Shown here: positions 21,299 to 29,862 of the stretch, one piece after another
Layout of the letters: each line of letters opens with the position of its first letter
How positions within the stretch are numbered: the stretch's first letter is position 1
From: Candidatus Aceula lacicola
GTDB lineage: Bacteria > Omnitrophota > Gorgyraeia > Zapsychrales > Aceulaceae
Assembly: GCA_030765785.1 (NCBI GenBank)
Contig: JAVCCC010000028.1
Location: 2,826-66,825 of the forward strand
DNA length: 64,000 bases
Direction: 5' to 3'
Notes under the pieces: generated by a model
What the model saw: the letters and a program-made list of their open reading frames with translations, nothing else
What the model was told of the DNA's origin: nothing
Databases searched by the model: none
Made by a program: the position numbers and the translations under genes

Positions 21299-22333
21299 TT
21301 ATTTCTTATTTCCTCGAAACCATCCCGTATAAACATAATTAAGAGTAAGCGCTGTAATATACGTTGCCACCTTTAAAATGGCCGTACTCTCGGAATCTTT
21401 AATCACAAGATTAAGCGCACGACACCGAAGACAAATATCTTTAAAAAGATCGTTGACGATATACTTTTTCTCTCCCGTCCACATCGAAACATTATCTAAT
21501 ATCTCTCGACGATATTTTCGTATGCTTTTAACTGCCGAAGGCATATCTTTATTTTCTTCTGTTCGCTCTAAAAAAATTCTCTTTAAATTTTCGTCATGGA
21601 AATGAGGAAAATCTTCAGCATGAAAATGCTTCTTCTTTTTATAATGATTTCCTAGCGTCCTTTTAAGTGTCGATGCCTGCCAATACTTTTTCCACTTCTT
21701 AACAACAGGCTCTTTATTTTGAATCTTTTTCATAAGCGATTCAACATACTCTATCTTTTTAATCGCTTTCCATTTTTTATATTGATTTTGCCAATCCGAA
21801 TCAGATGTCAACCAAACAGCAAAAGTCTCTGCAAAATCTTCATCCGGATGATATTGTGCATAGAATCCATCTAAGTGACGGACAAAATTCTTGCTGTGCG
21901 GTCGATAGCGATATGTGTCATCATATTCTTCGGATGAATGTCCAAATGTTTTCTGCCAACTACGTTTTTTATGCAAACGATACGCATAACTTATCGCATG
22001 GCCAAGCTCATGACGCAAAAGCTGCAGACACGTCTTTTTTGTTCCACCCTCAACATCAAGCATCATTCTTTGTTCAAGCTTCATCAATGTTGGATGTGCT
22101 AAATAAAAAGGAATTCCGATAACGGGCTCGTCTTCTGGAGTTAGCCATTCTTCAGCCAAATAAAATTCTGGTTTAAATTTAAGATTTTTTCTCTCAAGAT
22201 CAGAATAAACTTCAGCAAGACATTCCTCAATCCACGTCCCCTCAATAGCAATCGGAAGCTCGCAAATTCGTAAGGCCAGAAGTTTTTCTTCAGAAATTTC
22301 AGATAGGTTAATCACAGTTTTTTCTCGTCCCAT
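21299..22333 (-). CDS. Putative zinc metallopeptidase (HExxH)
   Basis: LLRHELGHAISYAY HExxH motif in a ~340 aa soluble protein with a Lys/Trp-rich C-terminal half. Confidence 0.45.
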   Translation of the reverse strand: MGREKTVINLSEISEEKLLALRICELPIAIEGTWIEECLAEVYSDLERKNLKFKPEFYLAEEWLTPEDEPVIGIPFYLAHPTLMKLEQRMMLDVEGGTKKTCLQLLRHELGHAISYAYRLHKKRSWQKTFGHSSEEYDDTYRYRPHSKNFVRHLDGFYAQYHPDEDFAETFAVWLTSDSDWQNQYKKWKAIKKIEYVESLMKKIQNKEPVVKKWKKYWQASTLKRTLGNHYKKKKHFHAEDFPHFHDENLKRIFLERTEENKDMPSAVKSIRKYRREILDNVSMWTGEKKYIVNDLFKDICLRCRALNLVIKDSESTAILKVATYITALTLNYVYTGWFRGNKK

Positions 22334-22461
22334 ATTCCCTTCTCCATCTTTTAGAAATTATACCATAGCTTCAAAGTCAATGACATTACTTTTGTAATTC
22401 TTAAGAGACAAAAAAAGCTTTTTTTGTTATGATGCTAAGGACAAATTAAAGAAAGAATACT

Positions 22462-23256
22462 ATGTGGATTGAAAATATCGTCTTAGGCATCACGCAAGGC
22501 ATCGCAGAATGGCTCCCGATAAGCTCCGAAGGACTTATTACTCTGATCAAAATAAAATTCTTTTCGGACCATCACTTTTTTTCTATTATCAAGCTTGCTT
22601 TATTTTTGCATCTCGGAACATGCTTTGCCGCGTTCATCTATTTTTGGAAAGATGTTGTATCTCTTTCAAAAACACTTTTCTTTTATAATGCTGCTGATGA
22701 AGAAAACAAGAAGACTCTGACCTTCCTAATCATATCATCAACAATAAGCTGCCTTTTAGGCCTTATCATAATCCTTCTTGTTTCAAAAATCGCCAATCAA
22801 ATGCTTTTATCTGGAAAAATCATGACGTTTGGAATAGGAATTCTGCTTCTTATAACAGCATTTCTACAATTAAAAACAAGAAAAGAAGGCTTTAAGAATG
22901 TTCGAGATTTAAGAAAAATTGATGCTGTTGTCTTAGGCTTCGTCCAAGGATTTGCTGCTCTTCCTGGGCTATCTCGCTCCGGATCAACCATCGCCACCTT
23001 GCTTCTAAGACAATTTGACAAAACAACTTCACTAAAACTAAGTTTCTTAATGAGCCTTCCCGTCGTCTTAATTGGGAATATTTTCTTAGGAATAAAACAT
23101 TTTGAATTTACTTTTGAATCGCTGGCAGGATTTTTCTTTTCTTTTGCTTTTGGACTCCTAACAATCCACATTTTATTTAAAATTGCTAATAAGATTAATT
23201 TTGGCTATTTTGTCCTCGGATTTGGAATCTTAACGATAATTTCAGTTTTCATATAA
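22462..23256 (+). CDS. uppP: Undecaprenyl-diphosphate phosphatase
   Basis: GITQGIAEWLPISSEG and ALPGLSRSGSTI motifs of BacA/UppP. Confidence 0.85.
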   Translation: MWIENIVLGITQGIAEWLPISSEGLITLIKIKFFSDHHFFSIIKLALFLHLGTCFAAFIYFWKDVVSLSKTLFFYNAADEENKKTLTFLIISSTISCLLGLIIILLVSKIANQMLLSGKIMTFGIGILLLITAFLQLKTRKEGFKNVRDLRKIDAVVLGFVQGFAALPGLSRSGSTIATLLLRQFDKTTSLKLSFLMSLPVVLIGNIFLGIKHFEFTFESLAGFFFSFAFGLLTIHILFKIANKINFGYFVLGFGILTIISVFI

Positions 23257-23257
23257 A

Positions 23258-23290
23258 AAAGACCCATCTTTTAGATGGATCTTTCATTTT
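23258..23290. terminator. Bidirectional hairpin terminator between uppP (+) and tRNA-Glu (-)
   Basis: The inverted repeat CCATCT/AGATGG is flanked by A-run and T-run: AAAAAAGACCCATCTTTTAGATGGATCTTTCATTTT. T-tracts follow on both strands. Confidence 0.4.
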
Positions 23291-23366
23291 GGTAGCCCCA
23301 ACGAGATTTGAACTCGTGTTTTATGGCTGAGAACCATATGTCCTGACCAGGCTAGACGATGGGGCC
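23290..23366 (-). tRNA. tRNA-Glu (anticodon CUC)
   Basis: Manual fold of GGCCCCATCGTCTAGCCTGGTCAGGACATATGGTTCTCAGCCATAAAACACGAGTTCAAATCTCGTTGGGGCTACCA. 7-bp acceptor stem, TATGG/CCATA anticodon stem, loop TTCTCAG, T-arm ACGAG-TTCAAAT-CTCGT, encoded CCA. Confidence 0.7.
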
Positions 23367-23631
23367 AAATATGTTATTAATCCCGACACTCTTACATTCA
23401 GGATAGATTTTTAATCTAAACTGCTCATCTTTTTTGAAGAATAAAAACAACCGAATAAACCCCGCTTTGCGGGGTCATCTACTCACCTTTTAAAAAGCAT
23501 TTAAGATAAGTAAATAAAATAATACCATATCTTTCTAGATGGTCAACAAAAAATTATTAACCCCAGCTCTCATTCAAAAAACTTTTTCCCCACCTTCTCT
23601 GAATAAGAAATCTTCTAAAACAGAATTAAGG

Positions 23632-23662
23632 TTGACACTCCAAAATCTACCCTTTACTATAG
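23632..23662 (+). promoter_or_regulatory. Candidate sigma70 promoter for the FIST/HK/GGDEF operon
   Basis: TTGACA-N17-TACTAT about 40 nt upstream of the FIST gene start. Confidence 0.3.
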
Positions 23663-23703
23663 ATTGTACAAATTTTATTAACTAATATTAATATTCTTAT
23701 TTT

Positions 23704-24906
23704 ATGTCTATTCAAATCGGTATCGGCTTTAGTAAAGATGAGAGTCCTTTTCGCGCAGCGCAAGACGCCGCTATTCAAGCTAAAATTCAAACAAAAGAAG
23801 TCCCCGTTCAACTTGTTGTCGTTTTTTCGACAATCCACTATAGCCGAATTGAAGCTCTAAATGTTATCAAAGAAACATTTCCTGAAGCTAAAATCATAGG
23901 ATGCTCAACAAGCGGCCTTATTCTTTCTAAAACAATTGAAACTTGGGGCATTTCCATATTAGCCATCGGATCAAAAGATCTTCATTTTGGCATTAGTTGC
24001 GTCAAAAACATAAGCAAAGATAAAATCAATTTAATTTCTGAAGAGCTCGCCCAAAAAGCAACCAAAAACTTTGGCCTAGATCGTCGACAAGTATCCTTAC
24101 TGCTAACCGATGGGCTTTCTCAAAATAATTCTCTGCTTCTTAAGGGAATGCAAAAATCTTTAGGACTCCTCTCTCCGATCCTCGGTGCTGGCAGCAGCGA
24201 TAACTTTCAATCAAAAAAAACATATCAATACTTTGAGAATGAAGTTTTAACAGACTCCGCGATTGCCGTTATTATGGGCGGACAAATCGCCACCGGATTT
24301 TCTAGCCAACACGGATGGAAACCTTTGGGAAAACCACGTATTATTACAAAAGCAAAAAAAAATATTATCAAAGAAATTAACAATAAAAAAGCTATCTCGC
24401 TTTATGAAGAATTCTTTGCTGATCAAGCCGTGTCTCTTTTTTCAAGTCGGTTAAATCGTATGCGTGATTTTTATCCCTTAGGCATGCTTATCGAAGGTGA
24501 AAAAAAATATCTGTTACAACAAGTTGTCAGCGTCACAGATACCGGTGAGCTCGTTTGCCAAGGGGAAATTCCAGAAGGAACAGAAGTCCATATCATGATC
24601 GGAAACAAAGATTCTTGCCGCCATTCTGCTCTTAATGCGGCCTGCGAGGTGAAAGAATCTCTTTTTGGCAGAACTCCTGATCTTGTTCTTGTCTTTGAAT
24701 CCGCTTCTCGGCAAAAATTATTAGGCCGTAATATCTTTCAAGAAATCCAAATTATCAAAGAAGTTTTAGGAGAAAGTGTTCCCATTTTTGGAATGTACTG
24801 CTACGGTGAATTCGCTCCCCTAGGAACACCCGGGCAAGCAAGCCAGTCTTTTTTGCAAAATGAAACAATATCCATCTTAGCTATTGAACACCATAAGGTT
24901 TATTAG
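23704..24906 (+). CDS. FIST-domain sensory protein (FIST_N + FIST_C)
   Basis: 400 aa soluble protein with the two-lobed FIST architecture. Immediately upstream of a histidine kinase, as is common for FIST proteins. Confidence 0.5.
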   Translation: MSIQIGIGFSKDESPFRAAQDAAIQAKIQTKEVPVQLVVVFSTIHYSRIEALNVIKETFPEAKIIGCSTSGLILSKTIETWGISILAIGSKDLHFGISCVKNISKDKINLISEELAQKATKNFGLDRRQVSLLLTDGLSQNNSLLLKGMQKSLGLLSPILGAGSSDNFQSKKTYQYFENEVLTDSAIAVIMGGQIATGFSSQHGWKPLGKPRIITKAKKNIIKEINNKKAISLYEEFFADQAVSLFSSRLNRMRDFYPLGMLIEGEKKYLLQQVVSVTDTGELVCQGEIPEGTEVHIMIGNKDSCRHSALNAACEVKESLFGRTPDLVLVFESASRQKLLGRNIFQEIQIIKEVLGESVPIFGMYCYGEFAPLGTPGQASQSFLQNETISILAIEHHKVY

Positions 24907-24955
24907 TATATTAAATCAAGAAGCTATTAAGAATCTTTACTTTAAAATATAATTT

Positions 24956-26497
24956 ATGCTAAATATCACAAGTTCTTCTGTCGACCTTACCTTTTTTGCG
25001 ATTATCGGAATTGCCATCCTGACGATGATCGCAGCGCTAGTTTTTGTTCTTATCAACAAAATCGATCAGGTTAAAGAGCTACGCTCCGCTCTAAAAAAAC
25101 TTAAGCTGTCATTTAACAATTTGGACGAGCAGGCAAAGCTTATCTTAAAGACCGATCTCGAGCTTAACCGCGCACAAGAAGAGCTGGATAAACGTCTCGC
25201 CAGCCTTGATGCGCTTCAAAGAACATCACGTCTTATCAGCACAACTTTGGATGAGGCTGAAATCTTTCGAAGACTTGACAAATCCCTCATGCTTCAACTC
25301 GGTTTTGAACAAATCCTTGTTTTTATTCTTGATAAGAAAAAGAATTTAATTCCGCGCGTCAATTCTGGATTCTCAGACTCTAAAATTCAAGAAGCTTCCG
25401 ACCAACTTTTAAAAGATACATCTTTTTCTTCTTTGTTTAAAGAAGGCTATGCTCTTTCTTCTGCAACAACATCTAAAGCAAAAAAAGAAAAAATCATCGC
25501 TTTCTTTGGAGCAAGCAATTTTATTCTCTCTCCTATCTTGACACAAGATGGAACCATTGGCGTTATCTTCGTCGGAAATCAAAACGAAACACAAACAATG
25601 TCTGAAGCGGATGAAGAAATGATTTCCATCCTAACAAATCAAATCGGCCAATCTCTTGAGAACGCACAACTTTTTGAACAAGTCTACAAATCTCGACAAG
25701 AACTAGAATCAAGAATTCAAGAGAGAACCAGACAGCTTGCCTCTGCCTTAGAAAAAGTGCAAAAAATTAGCCGAACAAAAACCGAGTTCGTTTCAGCAGT
25801 TTCTCATGAGCTAAGAACTCCTTTGACATCTATCAAGGGGTACGCGTCGATTCTTATGACAGGAAAGCTCGGAGAAATTCCAGATAAAGTTAAAGAACGA
25901 CTAGAAAAAATTAACAAGCATTCCGACAACCTCGTCGAACTGATTAATGAACTTTTAGATATTTCTCGAATTGAGTCTGGACGCGTTGATATGAAATTTG
26001 AGAAAATACCTGTTAAAAGCTTAATAGAAAATGCACGTGATCTCTTGATGCTACAGATGAAAGAAAAACAAATCACATTCTCTTGTGAAATAGCAGAAAA
26101 AACTCCAAATATTTTGATTGATCAAAAACAAATTGAACGTGTTTTTATTAATCTTTTAAGCAATGCTATTAAATATACCCCAAATGGAAAAATAAACATC
26201 AAGGCCTCCCACAACGAAAAAGAAGTCCTTTTCGAAATCGAAGATACTGGATCGGGCATTAAGGCAGACGATCTTCCTCGTCTTTTCGATGAATTTTATC
26301 GAGTTGATGACGAGCTTAACCAAAATATCAAGGGAACGGGCTTAGGTCTCTCTTTAGCCAAGCATATTATCACAGCTCACCAAGGAGAAATATGGGTCAC
26401 CAGCGAAATCGGCATTGGAACAACATTTCATTTTACAATTCCTATTGATCGAAAAAATGAAAACCTTGATCAAGAAAAAGAAATTCTAAATTCATAA
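24956..26497 (+). CDS. Sensor histidine kinase (TM, coiled coil, GAF, HisKA, HATPase_c)
   Basis: H-box [19 protein letters not shown], plus N, G1 and G2 boxes (GTGLGLSLAK). GAF-like region precedes. Confidence 0.75.
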   Translation: MLNITSSSVDLTFFAIIGIAILTMIAALVFVLINKIDQVKELRSALKKLKLSFNNLDEQAKLILKTDLELNRAQEELDKRLASLDALQRTSRLISTTLDEAEIFRRLDKSLMLQLGFEQILVFILDKKKNLIPRVNSGFSDSKIQEASDQLLKDTSFSSLFKEGYALSSATTSKAKKEKIIAFFGASNFILSPILTQDGTIGVIFVGNQNETQTMSEADEEMISILTNQIGQSLENAQLFEQVYKSRQELESRIQERTRQLASALEKVQKISRTKTEFVSAVSHELRTPLTSIKGYASILMTGKLGEIPDKVKERLEKINKHSDNLVELINELLDISRIESGRVDMKFEKIPVKSLIENARDLLMLQMKEKQITFSCEIAEKTPNILIDQKQIERVFINLLSNAIKYTPNGKINIKASHNEKEVLFEIEDTGSGIKADDLPRLFDEFYRVDDELNQNIKGTGLGLSLAKHIITAHQGEIWVTSEIGIGTTFHFTIPIDRKNENLDQEKEILNS

Positions 26498-26512
26498 AAG
26501 GCTAAAAAATAA

Positions 26513-27442
26513 ATGAATCAACTAAAAATTTTAACTATTGATGATGACCCAGATATCCTAGATGTTTTAGAATTAACATTATCAGAAGATTATATTGTCT
26601 TTCAGGGATCCAACGGCGAAGAAGGCCTAACACTTGCCAAAACCCACTCTCCCGACCTTATTATTACAGATTATAAAATGCCGGTGATGGACGGCCGTCA
26701 ATTTTGTCGATTAATTAAAAAAGACATTTTATTACAGCACACGCCGATCATTATGCTCACCGGAAAAGGTGAAGTACGAGACAAGGTTGGCGGACTTGAG
26801 GCCGGCGCAGATGATTATCTTGTGAAACCATTTGAACCTAACGAACTTTTAGCCAGAATTCGTATGATTCTAAGACGTACCAAGCGAAGCCTTGATGCCA
26901 ACCCCCTAACGCGTCTCCCCGGAAACAATTCTATTATGGATGAGCTGCAATATCGCATTCAATCTCAAAAACCATTTGCTGTTGGTTACGCAGATTTAGA
27001 CAAATTTAAAGCCTATAACGACACTTATGGATTTGAGAAAGGCGATGAAATTATTAAAGAAACAGCTCGTATTGTCATTAACGCAACCCAAGAAAAAGGG
27101 GATAGAGAAACTTTCGTAGGCCATATTGGTGGCGATGATTTTGTTTTTATCTGCGAGGATGATATCGCTGACGCTATCTCGCAAGAAATAATCAAACAGT
27201 TTGATGCGAAAGCGCCTCTTTTTTACAACGAAAAAGATCGCGAAAAAGGCTATATCGTCGCAAAAAACAGACAAGGCGAACAGGTCAAGATTGGGCTTCT
27301 AGCTATTTCAATTGGAATTGTAAGTAGTCGTAAACAAGAAATTAAACACATCGCTCAAGTTGCTGAAATTGGAGCTGAATTAAAGAAATATGCAAAAAGC
27401 ATTGAAGGAAGCTCTTTTGTAAGGGATCAAAGAGCCGAATAA
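26513..27442 (+). CDS. Response regulator with receiver + GGDEF-type domain (GGDDF variant)
   Basis: REC domain (DDDPD...D...MLTGKG...K). C-terminal PLTRLPGNN...HIGGDDFVF matches the GGDEF fold. Confidence 0.65.
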   Translation: MNQLKILTIDDDPDILDVLELTLSEDYIVFQGSNGEEGLTLAKTHSPDLIITDYKMPVMDGRQFCRLIKKDILLQHTPIIMLTGKGEVRDKVGGLEAGADDYLVKPFEPNELLARIRMILRRTKRSLDANPLTRLPGNNSIMDELQYRIQSQKPFAVGYADLDKFKAYNDTYGFEKGDEIIKETARIVINATQEKGDRETFVGHIGGDDFVFICEDDIADAISQEIIKQFDAKAPLFYNEKDREKGYIVAKNRQGEQVKIGLLAISIGIVSSRKQEIKHIAQVAEIGAELKKYAKSIEGSSFVRDQRAE

Positions 27443-27453
27443 ATCGCACCTTC

Positions 27454-28137
27454 TTACTGCACACAAATCGTCACCTTAGCATCGTCGCCATTACAATCTC
27501 CACTACACCATTTAACAACAGGTCCATAGTCTTTTCCGGAAATGCTGGCTGGACAGTCCACATAAGTGTGATGCTCTTCTACTGGATATGCTTTAAAGGT
27601 TACTCCTGTTAATCCAGCAATGTTCGCTAAGTAAGGATCCATGCAAAGAGTGATTTTATCATCATCATCACTGCCATCACCACTAACCCAGCGAACAAGT
27701 AGATCCGTTCCAGCAGGGCAATTTGCAATACCCATATCGTCATCCTTGGGATAAGCAGATCCTCCAAGCTCTTTGTTGCAACACAACGTCATTGTAGAAT
27801 CATGACCCTCACATTCACCCTCACACCAATGAGCAAATTCGTACAGCCCTCCAACCCCATCTGAACAAGAAGCGTAGTTCGGAGTAGTGCCTCCCCAATA
27901 TTCCAAAGGATAGGCCTTACAAACTAAAGGCGGCGGGACAGGCGGGTCTTTCAGTTCTGTAACCGCATCTCCCATAATTTCTGTTTGAACCTTTTCAAAA
28001 TAATTCGTCATAGGGTCTCGGACATCGCCCCCTGTTTGAAAAAATGTTTTAAACCCCCAAAAAGCCACTAACCCACAAATGGTTAGAAGCAAAAGATACT
28101 CAATGGCAATTTGCCCTTTAAAAAGTTTATTTTTCAT
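27454..28137 (-). CDS. Cys-rich secreted protein with prepilin-type (class III) signal peptide
   Basis: N-terminus MKNKLFKG|QIAIEYLLLLTICGLVAFWGF has the KG/Q cleavage context, Glu at +5 and a hydrophobic helix. The ~200 aa mature part carries about 16 Cys and acidic DDDD runs. GGAG RBS; 28 nt downstream of rpe. Confidence 0.45.
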   Translation of the reverse strand: MKNKLFKGQIAIEYLLLLTICGLVAFWGFKTFFQTGGDVRDPMTNYFEKVQTEIMGDAVTELKDPPVPPPLVCKAYPLEYWGGTTPNYASCSDGVGGLYEFAHWCEGECEGHDSTMTLCCNKELGGSAYPKDDDMGIANCPAGTDLLVRWVSGDGSDDDDKITLCMDPYLANIAGLTGVTFKAYPVEEHHTYVDCPASISGKDYGPVVKWCSGDCNGDDAKVTICVQ

Positions 28138-28165
28138 AATGAAATGCTCTCCACTTTTAAGTATA

Positions 28166-28876
28166 TCATATTCTCAAGCTTTTAAGATACTTGACCGTTT
28201 CTTTCGGTTTTGAAGAACTAAAGAAATAACTAGCTGTCGCAAGAATATTAGCTCCCGCCTTAACGGCTTCTGGTGCAGTTAGCTCGTTAATGCCGCCATC
28301 CACCGCGATATCTTTATCAAAAATATCTCTTAAGCCCTGAATTTTCGCAAGTGCTACTGGCATAAACTTCTGCTTTGCAAACCCTGGATTAACCGACATC
28401 ACCAAAACGCCATCGGCCTGCTCTAAAACACCCTGAATACAAATAGGGCTAGATGGATTTAAAACAACAAAGGCCTTTTTGCCGTTGTCCTGAATTCTTT
28501 GAATATCTTTCCTAAGCTTTGATATATTAATAGCATCAACTTGCCGAGTATACCCATCTGCCTCTTTTGTCAAATGGCCATCAAGCGCATAACACTCTGC
28601 ATGCAAAGATATTGAATCTGTTCCTACTTTTAAAAAAGAATCGATATACGCGCTTGGATTCTCAATCATAAGATGCGCTTCAATCGGAAGCTTTGTAATC
28701 GGACGAATAGCTTCTACAATAAGCGCACCAACGGTAATATTCGGAACAAAATGACCGTCCATAACATCAATGTGCAGCATGTCAACACCAGATTCTTCAC
28801 ACATTTTAATTTCATTAGCTAAATTTGCAAAATCAGCACATAAAATACTAACGCTAACTTTAATTTCCTTACTCAT
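28166..28876 (-). CDS. rpe: Ribulose-phosphate 3-epimerase
   Basis: HIDVMDGHFVPNIT metal-binding motif. Confidence 0.85.
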   Translation of the reverse strand: MSKEIKVSVSILCADFANLANEIKMCEESGVDMLHIDVMDGHFVPNITVGALIVEAIRPITKLPIEAHLMIENPSAYIDSFLKVGTDSISLHAECYALDGHLTKEADGYTRQVDAINISKLRKDIQRIQDNGKKAFVVLNPSSPICIQGVLEQADGVLVMSVNPGFAKQKFMPVALAKIQGLRDIFDKDIAVDGGINELTAPEAVKAGANILATASYFFSSSKPKETVKYLKSLRI

Positions 28877-28943
28877 TGATCTCCTTTAAATGAGCACATA
28901 ACTTACGCGACTATCAAGGAGCGCTAAGTTATTAGTGCGAATT

Positions 28944-28971
28944 TATCCCATACCCGAAGGGTATCGGGATA
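28944..28971. repeat. GC-rich perfect hairpin TATCCCATACCC-GAA-GGGTATCGGGATA
   Basis: Inverted repeat read directly from the sequence in the rpe upstream region. Confidence 0.4.
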
Positions 28972-28998
28972 TTAACCGTTTAGATTTTCAACCCTTAT

Positions 28999-29020
28999 CC
29001 CCACACGTGAAGCGTGTTGG
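28999..29020. repeat. Palindromic element CCCCACACGTGAAGCGTGTTGG (copy 1 of 2)
   Basis: 21 of 22 nt identical to the reverse complement of 52734-52757. Forms a ~9-bp stem hairpin around a CACGTG core. Confidence 0.5.
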
Positions 29021-29040
29021 AATTCTTTAATAAATAAATT

Positions 29041-29742
29041 TTAACCTTCTGCGCCTGCTTTGCTTTTTAAATCTTGATACAGGTAATAACTAAAAATCAT
29101 TGCATAAATACCGAGTGCTATTTTAACAGCTTCATTGATAATAAATCCAACATATGGAATCAGAACCATAAAAGAAGAAATAATGGAAATCAAAAGCGCA
29201 ACGCCCATTAGCGCAAGCATTTTAAGCAAAAATTCTTTTAGATTAGCCTTAATGACGGATTTGCTAAGAACCAGCGCTTCATTTCCCCTCTTCTCGTCGA
29301 GAATAACCGACAATTGTGAAAAGCTATATAAAACAGAAAAAATGATACCTGGAATAATCAAAAGCAGCGACCATAAAAGCACTTTGATAAAAACAATGAC
29401 AGACACAACCGCAAACGGCTTTAAGACGCCTCTTGCTTCTTTATACATTTCCATGCCACTAACCGCTTGACCTTGCGCAGCATTATGAATTGTTTTAATA
29501 AGAGCAATCGAATAAAGCAATGCAAACAGAGTAATAGCTATAAACGCAATCCCTGAAACTAAAATGGAGATGACAAAAAAACCTCCATCAGCTGATTTTA
29601 AAAACGTAAAAATTCCACCACCTAACAAAATTAATACAACCATTGGAACAAAAAAGATGAAAAAAACAATAGAAAAAACTTTAATATTCTTTAAAAATAA
29701 ATCATAACTTTTTTTAAAAATAGCGCTAAAATTTTCTTCCAC
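29041..29742 (-). CDS. Polytopic membrane protein, hypothetical
   Basis: 233 aa with about 6 predicted TM helices. No recognised motif. Confidence 0.35.
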   Translation of the reverse strand: MEENFSAIFKKSYDLFLKNIKVFSIVFFIFFVPMVVLILLGGGIFTFLKSADGGFFVISILVSGIAFIAITLFALLYSIALIKTIHNAAQGQAVSGMEMYKEARGVLKPFAVVSVIVFIKVLLWSLLLIIPGIIFSVLYSFSQLSVILDEKRGNEALVLSKSVIKANLKEFLLKMLALMGVALLISIISSFMVLIPYVGFIINEAVKIALGIYAMIFSYYLYQDLKSKAGAEG

Positions 29743-29825
29743 GTCATGCCCCTTTCTTTAAAATGTACATATATTTATTTGATAAAGTATTATACCTTAT
29801 TATAAAGCACGCCGCCACTCCTGCG

Positions 29826-29862
29826 ACAATTAAAAAGGCTTAGATTTTATCTAAGCCTTTTT
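29826..29862 (-). terminator. Intrinsic terminator downstream of tRNA-Leu
   Basis: Perfect inverted repeat AAGGCTTAGAT-TTT-ATCTAAGCCTT flanked by A5 and T6. On the minus strand the hairpin is followed by UUUUU. Confidence 0.55.

Noticed and set aside
23647-23838. Minus-strand 63-aa ORF overlapping the FIST gene start
   Set aside because: It overlaps the candidate promoter and 5' end of a well-supported gene and has a Cys/Asn-rich nonsense composition.
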